A stretch of DNA of 64,000 nucleotides, taken from positions 1 to 64,000 of the forward strand of contig JABVCE010000039.1 of assembly GCA_014905635.1 (NCBI GenBank), in the 5' to 3' direction. The stretch comes from Scenedesmus sp. PABB004 (Eukaryota). Below the pieces are notes generated by a model, which worked only from the letters and a program-made list of their open reading frames with translations, was not told the DNA's origin and ran no database searches. The first letter of the stretch is position 1, and every line of letters starts with the position of its first letter. A program made the position numbers and the translations under genes. Below are positions 1 to 11,129 of the stretch, one piece after another.

Positions 1-92
1 TACCCTTAACATCCAGCCATACCGGCGCGGCAGCCACGCCGCGCCGCCGGCAGCAGCGTGCAGCAAGGCACGCGCGCGTGCCTGTTGTCACA

Positions 93-3000
93 GGATCTGA
101 ACAAGGCGGGCAGTGCCATCTTATCGCTTGCCTACGGCGACGGCGTGCTGTGGGCTGGCCTCTCCAGTGGCACGATCTGGCGGTGCGGCGCGCGCGCGCA
201 CACGCTCCTCTCTCGCGCACCGTAGTGACGCTGACCGCGTCCAACCGCCGCGCAGGTGCGACCCCAACACTCCCAACAGCTGCAAAGATTACAACAAAGC
301 GGGCAGCGGCATTCACTCGCTGCTGCTCACCAATGGAGTGTTGCTTGCTGGCCTTGGTAGCGGCACAATGTGGAAGTGAGCCAGTTGATGCTGAGAGAGG
401 CCCCGGAGGGGGGGGGGGGGGCAGGCCGGCCGCCGGCTGCGGTCAGGCTCAGGCGCTAGACGGACGCGCCGCTCTGCTGCACCTGGCTCCCCGTTGTTGT
501 ACCGCCGCTAACACCACCCGCGCCCTTACCAGGTGCTGCTGGACCGGCCCGACTCCTGCACCGACTTCAACAAGTTCGAGACGTGTGGCAGCTAATCCAG
601 ATGCCCAACGACGCCTCCAACATCTACGCCAGCACCGAAATCCATGTGTTTCGCTGCCCTGTGGCGTCGCGCGATAGCTGCGAGACCGTCGTCACCCCAA
701 CCACCTCAGCCGGCTGCTACTCGGGTCGCAGTCGTTCTTGTCAGTTGCTGATGGTGCGCGTGACGCGTTGCGCGCTATCAGCTTTTGGCCTTGCACGCGC
801 CCAGCCGTTGGGCACAGCTGCGTCGTTGCAGACGACACTGCCACAGCGGTCAACGAGCGCAAGCATGCCGCCTCCCGCGCGCAGGCACCACAATCTATGT
901 TGGCTGGGCCAGAATTGTGGCCAGGGTAGTGGTCACCCGCACGTGCGCGCAGTACTACTACTGGCTGATGGAAGACTGGGCGCACGGGTTACCCTATGAC
1001 TGCAGCCCGGCTCCAAGTACAACCCAAGCCAGGCGCCAAACCCCAACCCGAGCCAGCAGACGTGCTGCGTGAGTGTGAGTGGCGGCCGGGCGCAGCTGCG
1101 TTTGTGCTGCTGCGGTCTGCAGCTGCTGCGGCTGAGAGCTGCTGCGGCTGAGAGCTGCTGCGGCTGGCAGGACAGCCTGCCAGCGCGCCTGCACAACCAG
1201 CGCTCGTGCCGGCCCTGAGCTCACGCGCGTGTGCTGCTGCCGCCCTGCCGGCCGCCGCAGTCGGACGACGTGGACGTCTCCATTGTGAAGATCGGCCCCG
1301 GCGATCCGCAGCTGGTCGGCCGCGAGTTTGACTTCACGCTCGCGGTGCAAGTGAAGCAAGCAGGCAAGGGCGGCGTCAACGACGTCAACGTCACCGACAC
1401 GCTGCCCGCGGGCTAGTGCTGGTGTCCGCCGTGCCGGTGTCCGCCAGAACGGACCAGCCCGACAAGGGCAACTGCTCCTCCTCAGGTGCCAAAATCACCT
1501 GCAACATCGGCGCCATGTCGCTGTCTGAGACGATGTTTGTCATCGTGCGCGTCAAGGGCACCGCCGCGGGCTCGTGGACCAACGTCGCCACGGTCAACGC
1601 GACCGGCGACACCAACCCGAGCAACAACCAGGCCAACCGCACCGTGCAGGTTGCCTGCCTGTCATGCACAACTTGGGCTGGATGTGCGGCACCTTGAGTG
1701 ACGGCTGCGGCGGCACCATCAATTGCACCTGCCCGGCGAGCGCGCCGTACTGCCACCAGCGGCTGCCGGGGCGGGCGGGCTATTGCTCGATCGACCCCTT
1801 TACCAAGCTCAGTGTTGCGCTCCAAAAGACTGGCCCCGCGACAGACCAGATCGTGGGCGAAGCGTTCAACTTTGCACTGCGGGTCAGGATCGTGAGCGGC
1901 ACAAAGGGCGCCACCTCGGTCGTGCTCGTCGACACGCTGCCAACCGGCCTGGAGCTGGTGGAGGTCAAGCCGGGTGGGCAGCGCCCGGCGGCGGACGGGG
2001 CGCGTGGGCAGCGCAGGCGGCGGCCGCGCCGCCGCCGCCGCCAACCGGCGCGGGCGCGGCGCTTGCGCGGCGCGACTGCTGCCGCGCGCAGACACGGGCT
2101 GCACCGTGGACTACCCAAGCATTTCGTGCGAGCTGGGCCCAATGCTGCTGGGCGAGTCCAAGGTCGTCACCGTGACCGCCAAGACAGCACGGGTCGGCAC
2201 CTTCGACAACGCGGCTGCCGTGAGCGCCACCGACGGCTCTACCACCAGCAACGACACGTCGAAAGCCAGCGTGACGGTTGTTCGGGTGCGGGCGCTCGCC
2301 CCCAAAGCGCAGCCTCGCGCGCTGGGGCCTCACGCGCGGGCGCCCCTCGCGGCCGCACCGCATTGGATTCTGACGCACCTGCTGCCTCCGGCACTTGCAG
2401 GACCCCGCCAATGATGCCGACATGTCGATCGCCAAGAGCGTGTCGTCGCCGTCGGTGCTGATCAGCGGCCAGGTCAACTACACCATCACCGCCACCAACG
2501 TGGGCGCCGGCACCGCCACGGGCGTGATCGTGAACGACACGCTGCCGGCCGGTCTTGCGTTTGCCACGCCCCTGCCAGCAGGTGCGTCGGGTGGGGCGGG
2601 GGGCTCAGGCTTGTAATCCAGCCGCTGGCTGGGCCGCGCAGCGGCTGGGCGCGCGCGGCTGCCCGCCCGCCCCCCCACCCCACCCCCACCCCTCAGCGCG
2701 CAGCTTGCTGGTGCCAACCACCTGGCTGCCGGCGCTTACGGCGTGGCGCGCGCTGCTCGCGCACGCAGGCTGCTCCCAACGCACGCAGGTGCTCACGTGT
2801 GGTCCCAGCAGCGTGGCCGCTGGCGACAAGCTCACGTACCTGGTGCCGGTCAAGGCCGTTGCAGTGGGCAGCTGGAACAACTCTGCGCGTGTGTCTGCCG
2901 ACAACGATGTCAACCCATACAACAACGGCCCCGTGGTTGCGCCCTGCTCACAGTCACCCGCACGTGCGCGCAGTACTATGCAGACGGCAGCCGCTACGCC

Positions 3001-6000
3001 TGCAGCCCCGGCTCCAAGTACAACCAAGCCACCCAGGCGTCCAACCAACCCCAGCCAGCAGGCGTGCTGCGTGAGTGGCGGCCGGGCGCAGCTGCATTGT
3101 GCTGCTGCGGTCTGCTGCTGCGGTCGGCAGCTGCTGCGGCTGAGAGCTGCTGCGGCTGAGAGCTGTTGCGGCTGGCAGGACAGCCTGCTAGCGCGCCTGC
3201 ACAACCAGCGCTCGTGCCGGCCCTGAGCTCACGCGCGTGTGTGTGCTGCCGCCCTGCCGCGCCGCAGACGGACTGCAAAACGTGCTACGACTTCCCCGAC
3301 CTGTGCGGCTCCTACGACAACGGCTGCGGCACCATCATCACCTGCACGTGCCCGCCCGACAAGCCGTACTGCCACCAGACCGACCTGCTGCGCGGCAACT
3401 CGGACCCAGGCTTTTGCTCCGACAACCCCTTTGTCCCCAGCCGCGACCTGGACGTCTCCATTGCCAAGAGCGGCCCCACCGATCCGCAGCTGGTCGGTAC
3501 CGATTTGACTTCACGCTCACGGTGCGCGTGGAGAAGAGGGAGCAGGGCGCAACGCAACGACGTCAACGTCACCGACGCGCTGCCCGCGGGGCTAGTGCTG
3601 GTGTCCGCCAAGCCCGACAAGGGCAACTGCTTCTCCTCGGGCGCCACGATCACCTGCAACATCGGCGCCATGTCGCTGGCGGAGACGGTGTTTGTCAGCG
3701 TGCGCGTCAAGGGCACCGCCGCGGGCTCGTGGACCAACGTCGCCACGGTCAACGCGACCGGCGACACCAACCCGAGCAACGACCAGGCCAACAGCACCGT
3801 GCAGGTTGCCTGCCTGTCATGCACAACTTACGCTGAGCTGTGCGGCACCTTCAGCGACGGCTGCGGCGGCACCATCAATTGCACCTGCCCGGCGAGCGCG
3901 CCGTACTGTCACCAAACACAACCAAGCTGCTGCGTGCAGGGCTGTCGGGCTATTGCTCGGACCAGCCTATTAACCCCACAAACCTGGCGGACGTCGCGAT
4001 CTACAAAACAGGGCCCGCTATGACCCGGTGCAAGGCCATGAGTTCAACTTCCTGTTGACAGTGCGCGTGGTGGACGGCCTCGCGGGCGCCAAGAACGTTG
4101 TGGTCAAGGACACGCTGCCCGCCGGCCTCGAGCTGGTTGCGGTCATACCAGGTGCGCGCCGTGCGCGGCCGTGTGGCAGCCCGTCACACGGGCTGCCGCA
4201 GGCGCACGCACCGCCTGGGGCCAGGCCACCTGACCCAGGCTGCTGGCGGCCAGCGACAAAGACAAAGACAAAGATGGTTACATCTCAGGCTCGCGCCCAT
4301 TGATCCCGCGCGCCCTTCAGGGCGGTGTCCCGCATCTTGTAGATATCCATTACATAATCGGCCACCGAGTGCACTGCAGCGCCCTCCAGATCTGAGGCCT
4401 TGCTTGTCGCCCGCCCGCCGCGTCGCAGACACGGGCTGCACCGTGCAGTTCCCGCTCATCACTTGCCCTCTTGGCTCAATGAGCCTCGCTGAGACACGCT
4501 ACGTCAACATCCGCGTGAAAGGCAACGGGTACGGGACTTACACCAACCAGGCAGAGGTGTCAGCAACCAACGACCGCAATCCCGGCAACAACAAGAGCAA
4601 CGCAACAGTCACTATCATTCAGGTGTGAGGGCACATCGGAACCCATGCGCAGCGTGGCAGTCTGCCGCGCTGCGCAGAGGAGGCCGCTTGCACGCCGCTG
4701 CAGTGCAGCATGCACACATGTGTGCAACTGCCCTCTTGCGCTCAATGCCCCAACCATGATGCCCACAGAGTACGCCTTTCAGAGGCTCCGACATGTCGAT
4801 CGCCAAGAGCGTGTCGTCGCCGTCGGTGTGCTGATCAGCAGCCAGGTCAACTACATCACCACCAACGTGGGCGCCGGCCACCGCCGGCGGCGCGCGTGAT
4901 CGTGAACGACACGCTGCCGGCCGGTCTTGCGTTTGCCACGCCCCTGCCAGCAGGTGCGTCGGGTGGGGCGGGGGGCTCAGGCTTGTAATCCAGCCGCTGG
5001 CTGGGCCGCGCAGCGGCTGGGCGCGCGCGGCTGCCCGCCCGCCCCCCCCCCCCCCCCACCCCCCCCCCAGCGCGCAGCTTGCTGGCGCCAACCACCTGGC
5101 TGCCGGCGCTTACGGCGTGGCGCGCGCTGCTCGCGCACGCAGGCTGCTCCCAACGCACGCAGGTGCTCACGTGTGGTCCCAGCAGCGTGGCCGCTGGCGA
5201 CAAGCTCACGTACCTGGTGCCGGTCAAGGCCGTTGCAGTGGGCAGCTGGAACAACTCTGCGCGTGTGTCTGCCGACAACGATGTCAACCCATACAACAAC
5301 GGCCCCGTGGTTGCGCCCGTCACAGTCACCCGCACGTGCGCGCAGTACTATGCAGACGGCAGCCGCTACGCCTGCAGCCCCGGCTCCAAGTACAACCCAA
5401 GCCAGGCGTCCAACCCCAACCCCAGCCAGCAGGCGTGCTGCGTGAGTGGCGGCCGGGCGCAGCTGCATTGTGCTGCTGCGGTCTGCTGCTGCGGTCGGCA
5501 GCTGCTGCGGCTGAGAGCTGCTGCGGCTGAGAGCTGCTGCGGCTGGCAGGACAGCCTGCTAGCGCGCCTGCACAACCAGCGCTCGTGCCGGCCCTGAGCT
5601 CACGCGCGTGTGTCGCTGCCGCCCTGCCGCGCCGCAGACGGACTGCAAAACGTGCTACGACTTCCCCGACCTGTGCGGCTCCTACGACAACGGCTGCGGC
5701 ACCATCATCACCTGCACGTGCCCGCCCGACAAGCCGTACTGCCACCAGACCGACCTGCTGCGCGGCAACTCGGACCCAGGCTTTTGCTCCGACAACCCCT
5801 TTGTCCCCAGCCGCGACCTGGACGTCTCCATTGCCAAGAGCGGCCCCACCGATCCGCAGCTGGTCGGTACCGAGTTTGACTTCACGCTCACGGTGCGCGT
5901 GGAGAAGGGCAGCAGCGGCGCCAACGACGTCAACGTCACCGACGCGCTGCCCGCGGGGCTAGTGCTGGTGTCCGCCAAGCCCGACAAGGGCAACTGCTTC

Positions 6001-8606
6001 TCCTCGGGCGCCACGATCACCTGCAACATCGGCGCCATGTCGCTGGCGGAGACGGTGTTTGTCAGCGTGCGCGTCAAGGGCACCGCCGCGGGCTCGTGGA
6101 CCAACGTCGCCACGGTCAACGCGACCGGCGACACCAACCCGAGCAACGACCAGGCCAACAGCACCGTGCAGGTTGCCTGCCTGTCGTGCAACTCGTCCTA
6201 CGTCGGACTTTGCGGCACCTTCAGCGACGGCTGCGGCGGCTTCATCACCTGCACGTGCCCGCTCAGCAAGCCGGTCTGCAACAAGTTGCCGGGAGCACCA
6301 TCGGGCGTGTGCGCGGACCGGCCCATTGACCCCACCGCACTTGCAGACATTGCCATCACCGAAACTGGCCCCACCACCACCCAGGTGATCGGCCAGGTCT
6401 TTGACTTCAAGCTCACCGCCACCGTGGTCGACGGACTCGACGGCGCCAAAAACGTGGTCATCACAGACCGCCTGCCGGGCGGCCTCGAGCTTGTTGCCGT
6501 CAGGCCGGGTGCGCGCGCCGCGCGCCTGCGGGGCGCGGGCCGTGCAGCCAAGCCCTGGCCTTTGAGCACGGCCCTGGCAGCGCGCCACGCCTGGTCGCCC
6601 GCTGCCCCGGCGCCCGGCGGCGCGGCGCCTGCCGCCAATTGCCTCCGCTGCAACTGTGCTGTGCTGCCGCCGCCGTTGCTGCGCAGACACTGGGTGCACT
6701 ATTCGCTATCCTGTGATCACCTGTGCGGTCGGGGACCTAGCCTTTGCTGGGACCTACTCGCTGGCAGTCACGGTCAAGGCGGCGCGTGCGGGCAGCTTCA
6801 ACAACCGTGCCTCGGCCAACGCAACCAACGACCGCAACCAGGGCAACAGCAAAGCGGAAGCGCGTGTCACCGTGGTGCGCTGACCCGCGCGGGCGCGCGT
6901 GTGGCCGCGGCCAGTGGCTGGCGGACAGCCGCCCCAACTGTGTTGCTGGGGCGGGCGCGGCGCGGCGCGGCGCGGCGCAGCGCACCCTTGCTTGCTGCCC
7001 GGTCCATGCGCGCGCGCTGTGCTGCCGCTCACCCGCGGCGCCCGCCTGCCCCGCTCGTGCGTCCACAGGTTGGCGGCGCGTGCTGCACCAGCAGCGGGCG
7101 CTGCCTGGTGGTGTCCGAGTCGGCTTGCGTGGACGGCGTGTACAACCCTGGCCAGAACTGCGGGAGCGTGACGTGCGCGCGCAAGCCCACCATCGGCTCG
7201 TGCTGCGTGGGACAGGACTGCCGCAACAACTACACGCTCAACGCCTGCACCCAGGACGCGGGCAACTTTTACGCCAACCAGACCTGCAACTCAAAGACAT
7301 GTGGCAGCGACCCGCCAGTGGCCCCGCGCGGCGCGTGCTGCCAGCCGGCTCAGAGCAAGTGCACGCCTAACGCCACGGCGGCCTGGTGCCAGGCGCAGGG
7401 CGGTCAGTGGGCAAAGGACGAGGCCTGCACGGTCGCCACCTGCCCTGCCGCCATTGGCGCGTGCTGCGTGGGACAGGACTGCCGCAACAACTACACGCTC
7501 AACGCCTGCATCCAGGACGCGGGCAACTTTTACGCCAACCAGACCTGCAACTCAAAGACATGTGGCAGCGACCCGCCAGTGGCCCCGCGCGGCGCGTGCT
7601 GCCTGCCGGCTCAGAGCAAGTGCACGCCTAACGCCACGGCGGCCTGGTGCCAGGCGCAGGGCGGTCAGTGGGCAAAGGACGAGGCCTGCACGGTCGCCGC
7701 CTGCCCTGCTGCCATTGGCGCGTGCTGCCTCGCCAGCGGCGCGTGCGCGGAGGGCACTGCCAGAGTGTGCCGCGCCGACGACGGCACCTGGAACCGCGGC
7801 TTGACCTGCAGCCAGGTTGCCTGCCCCATCCTACCGGCGGCCACGGGCGCGTGCTGTGACTCAATCGCACGCAAGTGCACAGCGCCCGTGCGCGAGTCGG
7901 CTTGCGTCAACGGCACGTGGACGCAGAACGCGAACTGCACGGTGGACGTCTGCCCGGCGGCGGTGAGCGTCGGCGGCCTGCCGCGGGCTGCGCGCGCGCG
8001 CCGCCTCCCCAGCGCAGGTCGCGCGTGCCCGCCGCCGCTCGAGAACGCGCGCGCGCCGGCCCCCTACCGCTGCGCCGGCCCCCACCAGCGCTCACTTGCC
8101 CCGCCGCGCCGCCGACGCGGCCGCAGTTCTGCGTTCCCACCTGGCGGATGTGCGAGCCCTGCACGCTCCCCGGCTGCAACCCCTGCTGCGACAGCACGAG
8201 CGCGTGCAAGCCCGTCTACGGCATCCACACGTCGTGGTCCGCGTGCAAGCCGGGCGAGGGCTGCCGCCCCGAGGGCCAGCCCTGCGGCGAGTGCGGCGGC
8301 GGCGGCGTCTGCTGCGACGGCCTCACTTGCAAGTGGGACCACTACGGCAAGCGCGGCGTGTGCACCAAGCCGTTTGCGTGCAAGCAGATCGGCCAGGCGT
8401 GCGCCGTGCCGCGCGACTGCTGCCCCGGCTCCACCTGCGGCACGGACGGCAAGTGCCGTCCGTGCGACTGCAAGCGCAAGTGCCGCAAGCACGACCAGCG
8501 CTGCGCCGCGCAGCGTGAGGCGGAGTGCCAGATGCTCTCGGCCGCGGCCGCAAGCGCCGTGCTGACTGGGCCGAGCGGCGCGCTCATCCAGGTCGGCGGG
8601 CGCTGA
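93..8606 (+). CDS. Large multi-exon Cys-rich protein with DUF11 (OmcB-like conserved repeat) domains; 5' end not seen; apparent frameshifts in the early repeat copies
   Basis: Repeated D-x-SIAKS...F-FTLTV...A-DV-VTD-LPAGL-LVS...ITC-IG...G-WTN-A-V...D-NP-NN modules, CGxxxDGCGGxIxCTCP linkers, GACC repeats at 7070-7960 and a Cys-rich last exon ending TGA at 8604-8606; GT-AG introns separate the modules. Confidence 0.8.
925..6880. repeat. Intragenic tandem triplication of a 2.0-2.4 kb exon+intron unit
   Basis: 2419-3820 nearly identical to 4790-6185 (offset about 2370), introns included; 925-1765 similar to 2950-3915. Confidence 0.9.
4255..4400 (-). mobile_element. 3' fragment of a non-LTR retrotransposon inside an intron
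   Basis: Lower-GC block not seen in the paralogous introns; minus strand reads EGAAVHSVADYVMDIYKMRDTALKGARDQWARA-TGA, then TGTAA, then (TTTGTC)3; no clear target-site duplication. Confidence 0.6.
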
Positions 8607-8757
8607 GCGCGCCAGTTGTTCTTTGGGGTCGAGCGAGACGCGTCTGGGAACTGTCTATTTCAGATGCGTGCGAGCGGCGGATGCTCAGCAGCCAGGCAGG
8701 CGGGCCGCGGTCAGGGCTATCACGCGGCCCGCCTGCAGCTGGCGCACACGCACGTGA

Positions 8758-8842
8758 AGTTGTTGTTGTTACAGGGGGTTTGAGTAGGCCAGGGAATAAG
8801 CACTGCTAGTGCCAGGGGAGTACGCGCGAGTACGAGGCCCCC
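8758..8842 (-). mobile_element. Putative 85-bp retroposed insert
   Basis: Ends TGTAACAACAACAAC on the minus strand; flanked by direct repeat CACGTGA (8751-8757 and 8843-8849). Confidence 0.45.
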
Positions 8843-9069
8843 CACGTGAGAGGGGTGCGGCTGCTGCACCTGGGTGCGAGTGCAGCTCGCCGTGCCCAGC
8901 ACTTTGGGCTGGGACCTGCACGTGCCTGGGCCCTGGTGGGAGTGTGCGGCGCGCGCATCGCGGCGCCTCGCGGCCGCCGCCGCGACGTCAGCCCGGGAGG
9001 CAGTCGGAGCAGAGTGACGCTGCCTCATGTTGCGCACGCGTCAGGTAAAGGCGATCCTGGGCCTTAGCC

Positions 9070-9673
9070 TTAGGGACACTCCCAGCACCAGCACCAGCAC
9101 GTGGGCTTGACCCTGGTGCTGGAGAGGTCGGTGTCGTTGGCGTCGCCGTTGGCGACGGCGTCCAACACGTGTGCCACAGCAGCGCCCAGCAGCGCGCGCC
9201 GCCAGCCGGCGCTGGCGGCGACCTCGCCCTGGAAGTCGTCCACCTCGGACTTCAGGCTGGCCAAGTCCGCGGCGCTGTCGGCCGTGTGGCGCCCGCCCTG
9301 CTGGGCAAGCCGGCGGCCGTTGCTGTTGGCCAGGGAGGCCTTGGCCTCGGCGACCTCCGCCTTCAGCGCCGCCATCGACGGCATGTTGTCGTCGTCGCCA
9401 GCGTTGGCGGACGAGGCGCTCAGGGCGCGGCCTGCGCGCAGGAGAGTGCGCACGGCAGCAGCAGCGGCGGCGGCGAGTGAGTGAAGGTGCCTGGATCCAG
9501 ATCCAGGCGCGCGCTCAGAGCCCGAGCGCCACCGGCTGCGGCCGCTGGCGGCGGTCGGCACGCTGACCGCCCAGCCTCCCTGCCAGCCGCGCACCTTGCG
9601 CGCCGCGTGCGGCGGCCAGGAGGAGCAACAGGCTCATTGCCAGGGCGGTGGGCGCCTTGCGGGGGGAAGCCAT
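9070..9673 (-). CDS. 146-aa secreted prepropeptide-like protein (exons 9673-9595 and 9431-9070)
   Basis: Signal-like N-terminus MASPRKAPTALAMSLLLLLAAARGAQG; phase-1 GT-AG intron restores frame; RALS, RRLA and RRALL motifs; C-terminus CWCWCWECP-TAA. Confidence 0.7.
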
Positions 9674-10180
9674 GGTCGCTGCCGGCGCGTGGGTGGACGA
9701 CGCAGGGCGCGGGTGTGTGTGGCCCGGGGGAGCGCACCCGCCGCGCTTTTCAAGAGCAGGCGGGTGGAGTGACGTGGGAGAGTGAGTAGGGGCCTTGAGA
9801 GTCGCCCGTGTGCGACAGTCGCACACGGTCGCCAGGCGAGGACTCCCGCCACTCTTTTGCGCGAGACGAAGCCGCCGACGCGGCGACCTCGGGGGCTGAT
9901 CGGAAGCGGCCCGGCGCGTCGGCGGCCAGCGGGCGGGTGGCTGGGGCGAGCGAGTCACCGGCCGCCGCGAGTGAGCGCTGCTGTGATGGGTGGGGCCATC
10001 GCCGCCATCAAAAGCCGCGCAAACGATCGCGCGCCAACGTTACACGAGACGTCCCGCAGCAAATCAACAGCAACTGCCTCACTCACCGGCGCGCGCCGCG
10101 CACCGTCGCTGCTGCGCGCAAGCCACGCACGCAGCGCGCGAAGCTGCCTGCTCGCGCGCGGCTGCCCGCGCGCGCGCAGC

Positions 10181-10466
10181 TCACAGCTCCATGGCGGTGG
10201 CGGCGTCGCTGCCCCCGCCGCCCTCCCCCGCCACCGCGGCAGCGGCCGGCGCCGGCGCCGCGGGTGCCGCGTCGGCGTCGACGGGCATGGACGCCTCGCC
10301 GCCGCCGCTGGGCGGCACGCCCGATGCCGTGGGCTCCGCCTGCGAGCCGCCGGCTGCCGCGGCCGCCACGGACGACGACGGCCTCGCCGCCGCTGCGGCC
10401 GCCGCCCGCGCGCGGGCGCGAGCGGCCACGCGCGGGGGCTGCAGTTGAAGAGCAGCGCCTTGGTGA

Positions 10467-10508
<42 letters not shown>

Positions 10509-10697
10509 GAGGCAGGGCGGGTGCCCGAGGGCCGCGGGCCGCGCCCGCTGGCTGGCGGCGGGGTGGCTAGGCGGCGGCGCGCCGACGGCGCGGCCGCCTG
10601 GCAGCCAGCCAGCCAGCCGCGCCTGGTTGCTGAGGCGCTTGATCTGCTCCGTCAACAGCTTGGTCGTGTCACGGCAGATCTTGAGCAGCGGCCCCTC
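10181..10697 (-). pseudogene. CSN5: COP9 signalosome subunit 5 C-terminal fragment (truncated or low-quality sequence)
   Basis: EGPLLKICRDTTKLLTEQIKRLSNQ|VTKALLFN resembles the CSN5 tail (LxKITRDSxKxTxEQxxGLMSQVIKxxLFN); no MPN/JAMM part; in-frame TAGs just upstream; splice acceptor reads CCG rather than CAG. Confidence 0.7.
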
Positions 10698-10721
10698 CTA
10701 GCCCTTCTAGCGCTTACAGCC

Positions 10722-10786
10722 AAAACCCTAAACCTAAAACCTAAAAACATAAAAACCTAAAAAACTAAACCCTAAAACCTAAAACC
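10722..10786. repeat. Degenerate telomere-like (CCCTAAA/CCTAAAA) tract
   Basis: aaaaccctaaacctaaaacctaaaaacataaaaacctaaaaaactaaaccctaaaacctaaaacc. Confidence 0.85.
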
Positions 10787-11129
10787 GTAGCGCACGGGCC
10801 CCGCCCGCGCGGCGCAGCGAGCATCGCGGGCTCCCCTCGTGGGCCAGCCCAGCGGGTGGAGAGGCGTACGCGTGTAGGCTCTCAGCAGGGGTGCACACTT
10901 ACATTACAGCTCGCGCCCTCACGCACGCGCGGCATGTACCACTGATCGCCACACGCCGCACAAGCGTTGCGCGGCACACGGCAGCACATCTTGTGGCCCC
11001 TTGCTCAGCCGCGGCGGGGCGGCAGGGCCGCCCGCGTCAGCCGCATGACGCCAGCACGCGCGCGATGAACTCCACCGCCGGCGCGTCGGCGAGCGGTGGA
11101 GGCGCCCGCGCTAAGCCGCCCCCGGCCGC

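Noticed and set aside
10698..10715. Two in-frame TAG codons before the CSN5 fragment, suggesting stop-codon reassignment
   Set aside because: TAG terminates CDC26, the HMG gene and GCN1 normally; this spot is adjacent to degraded junction sequence
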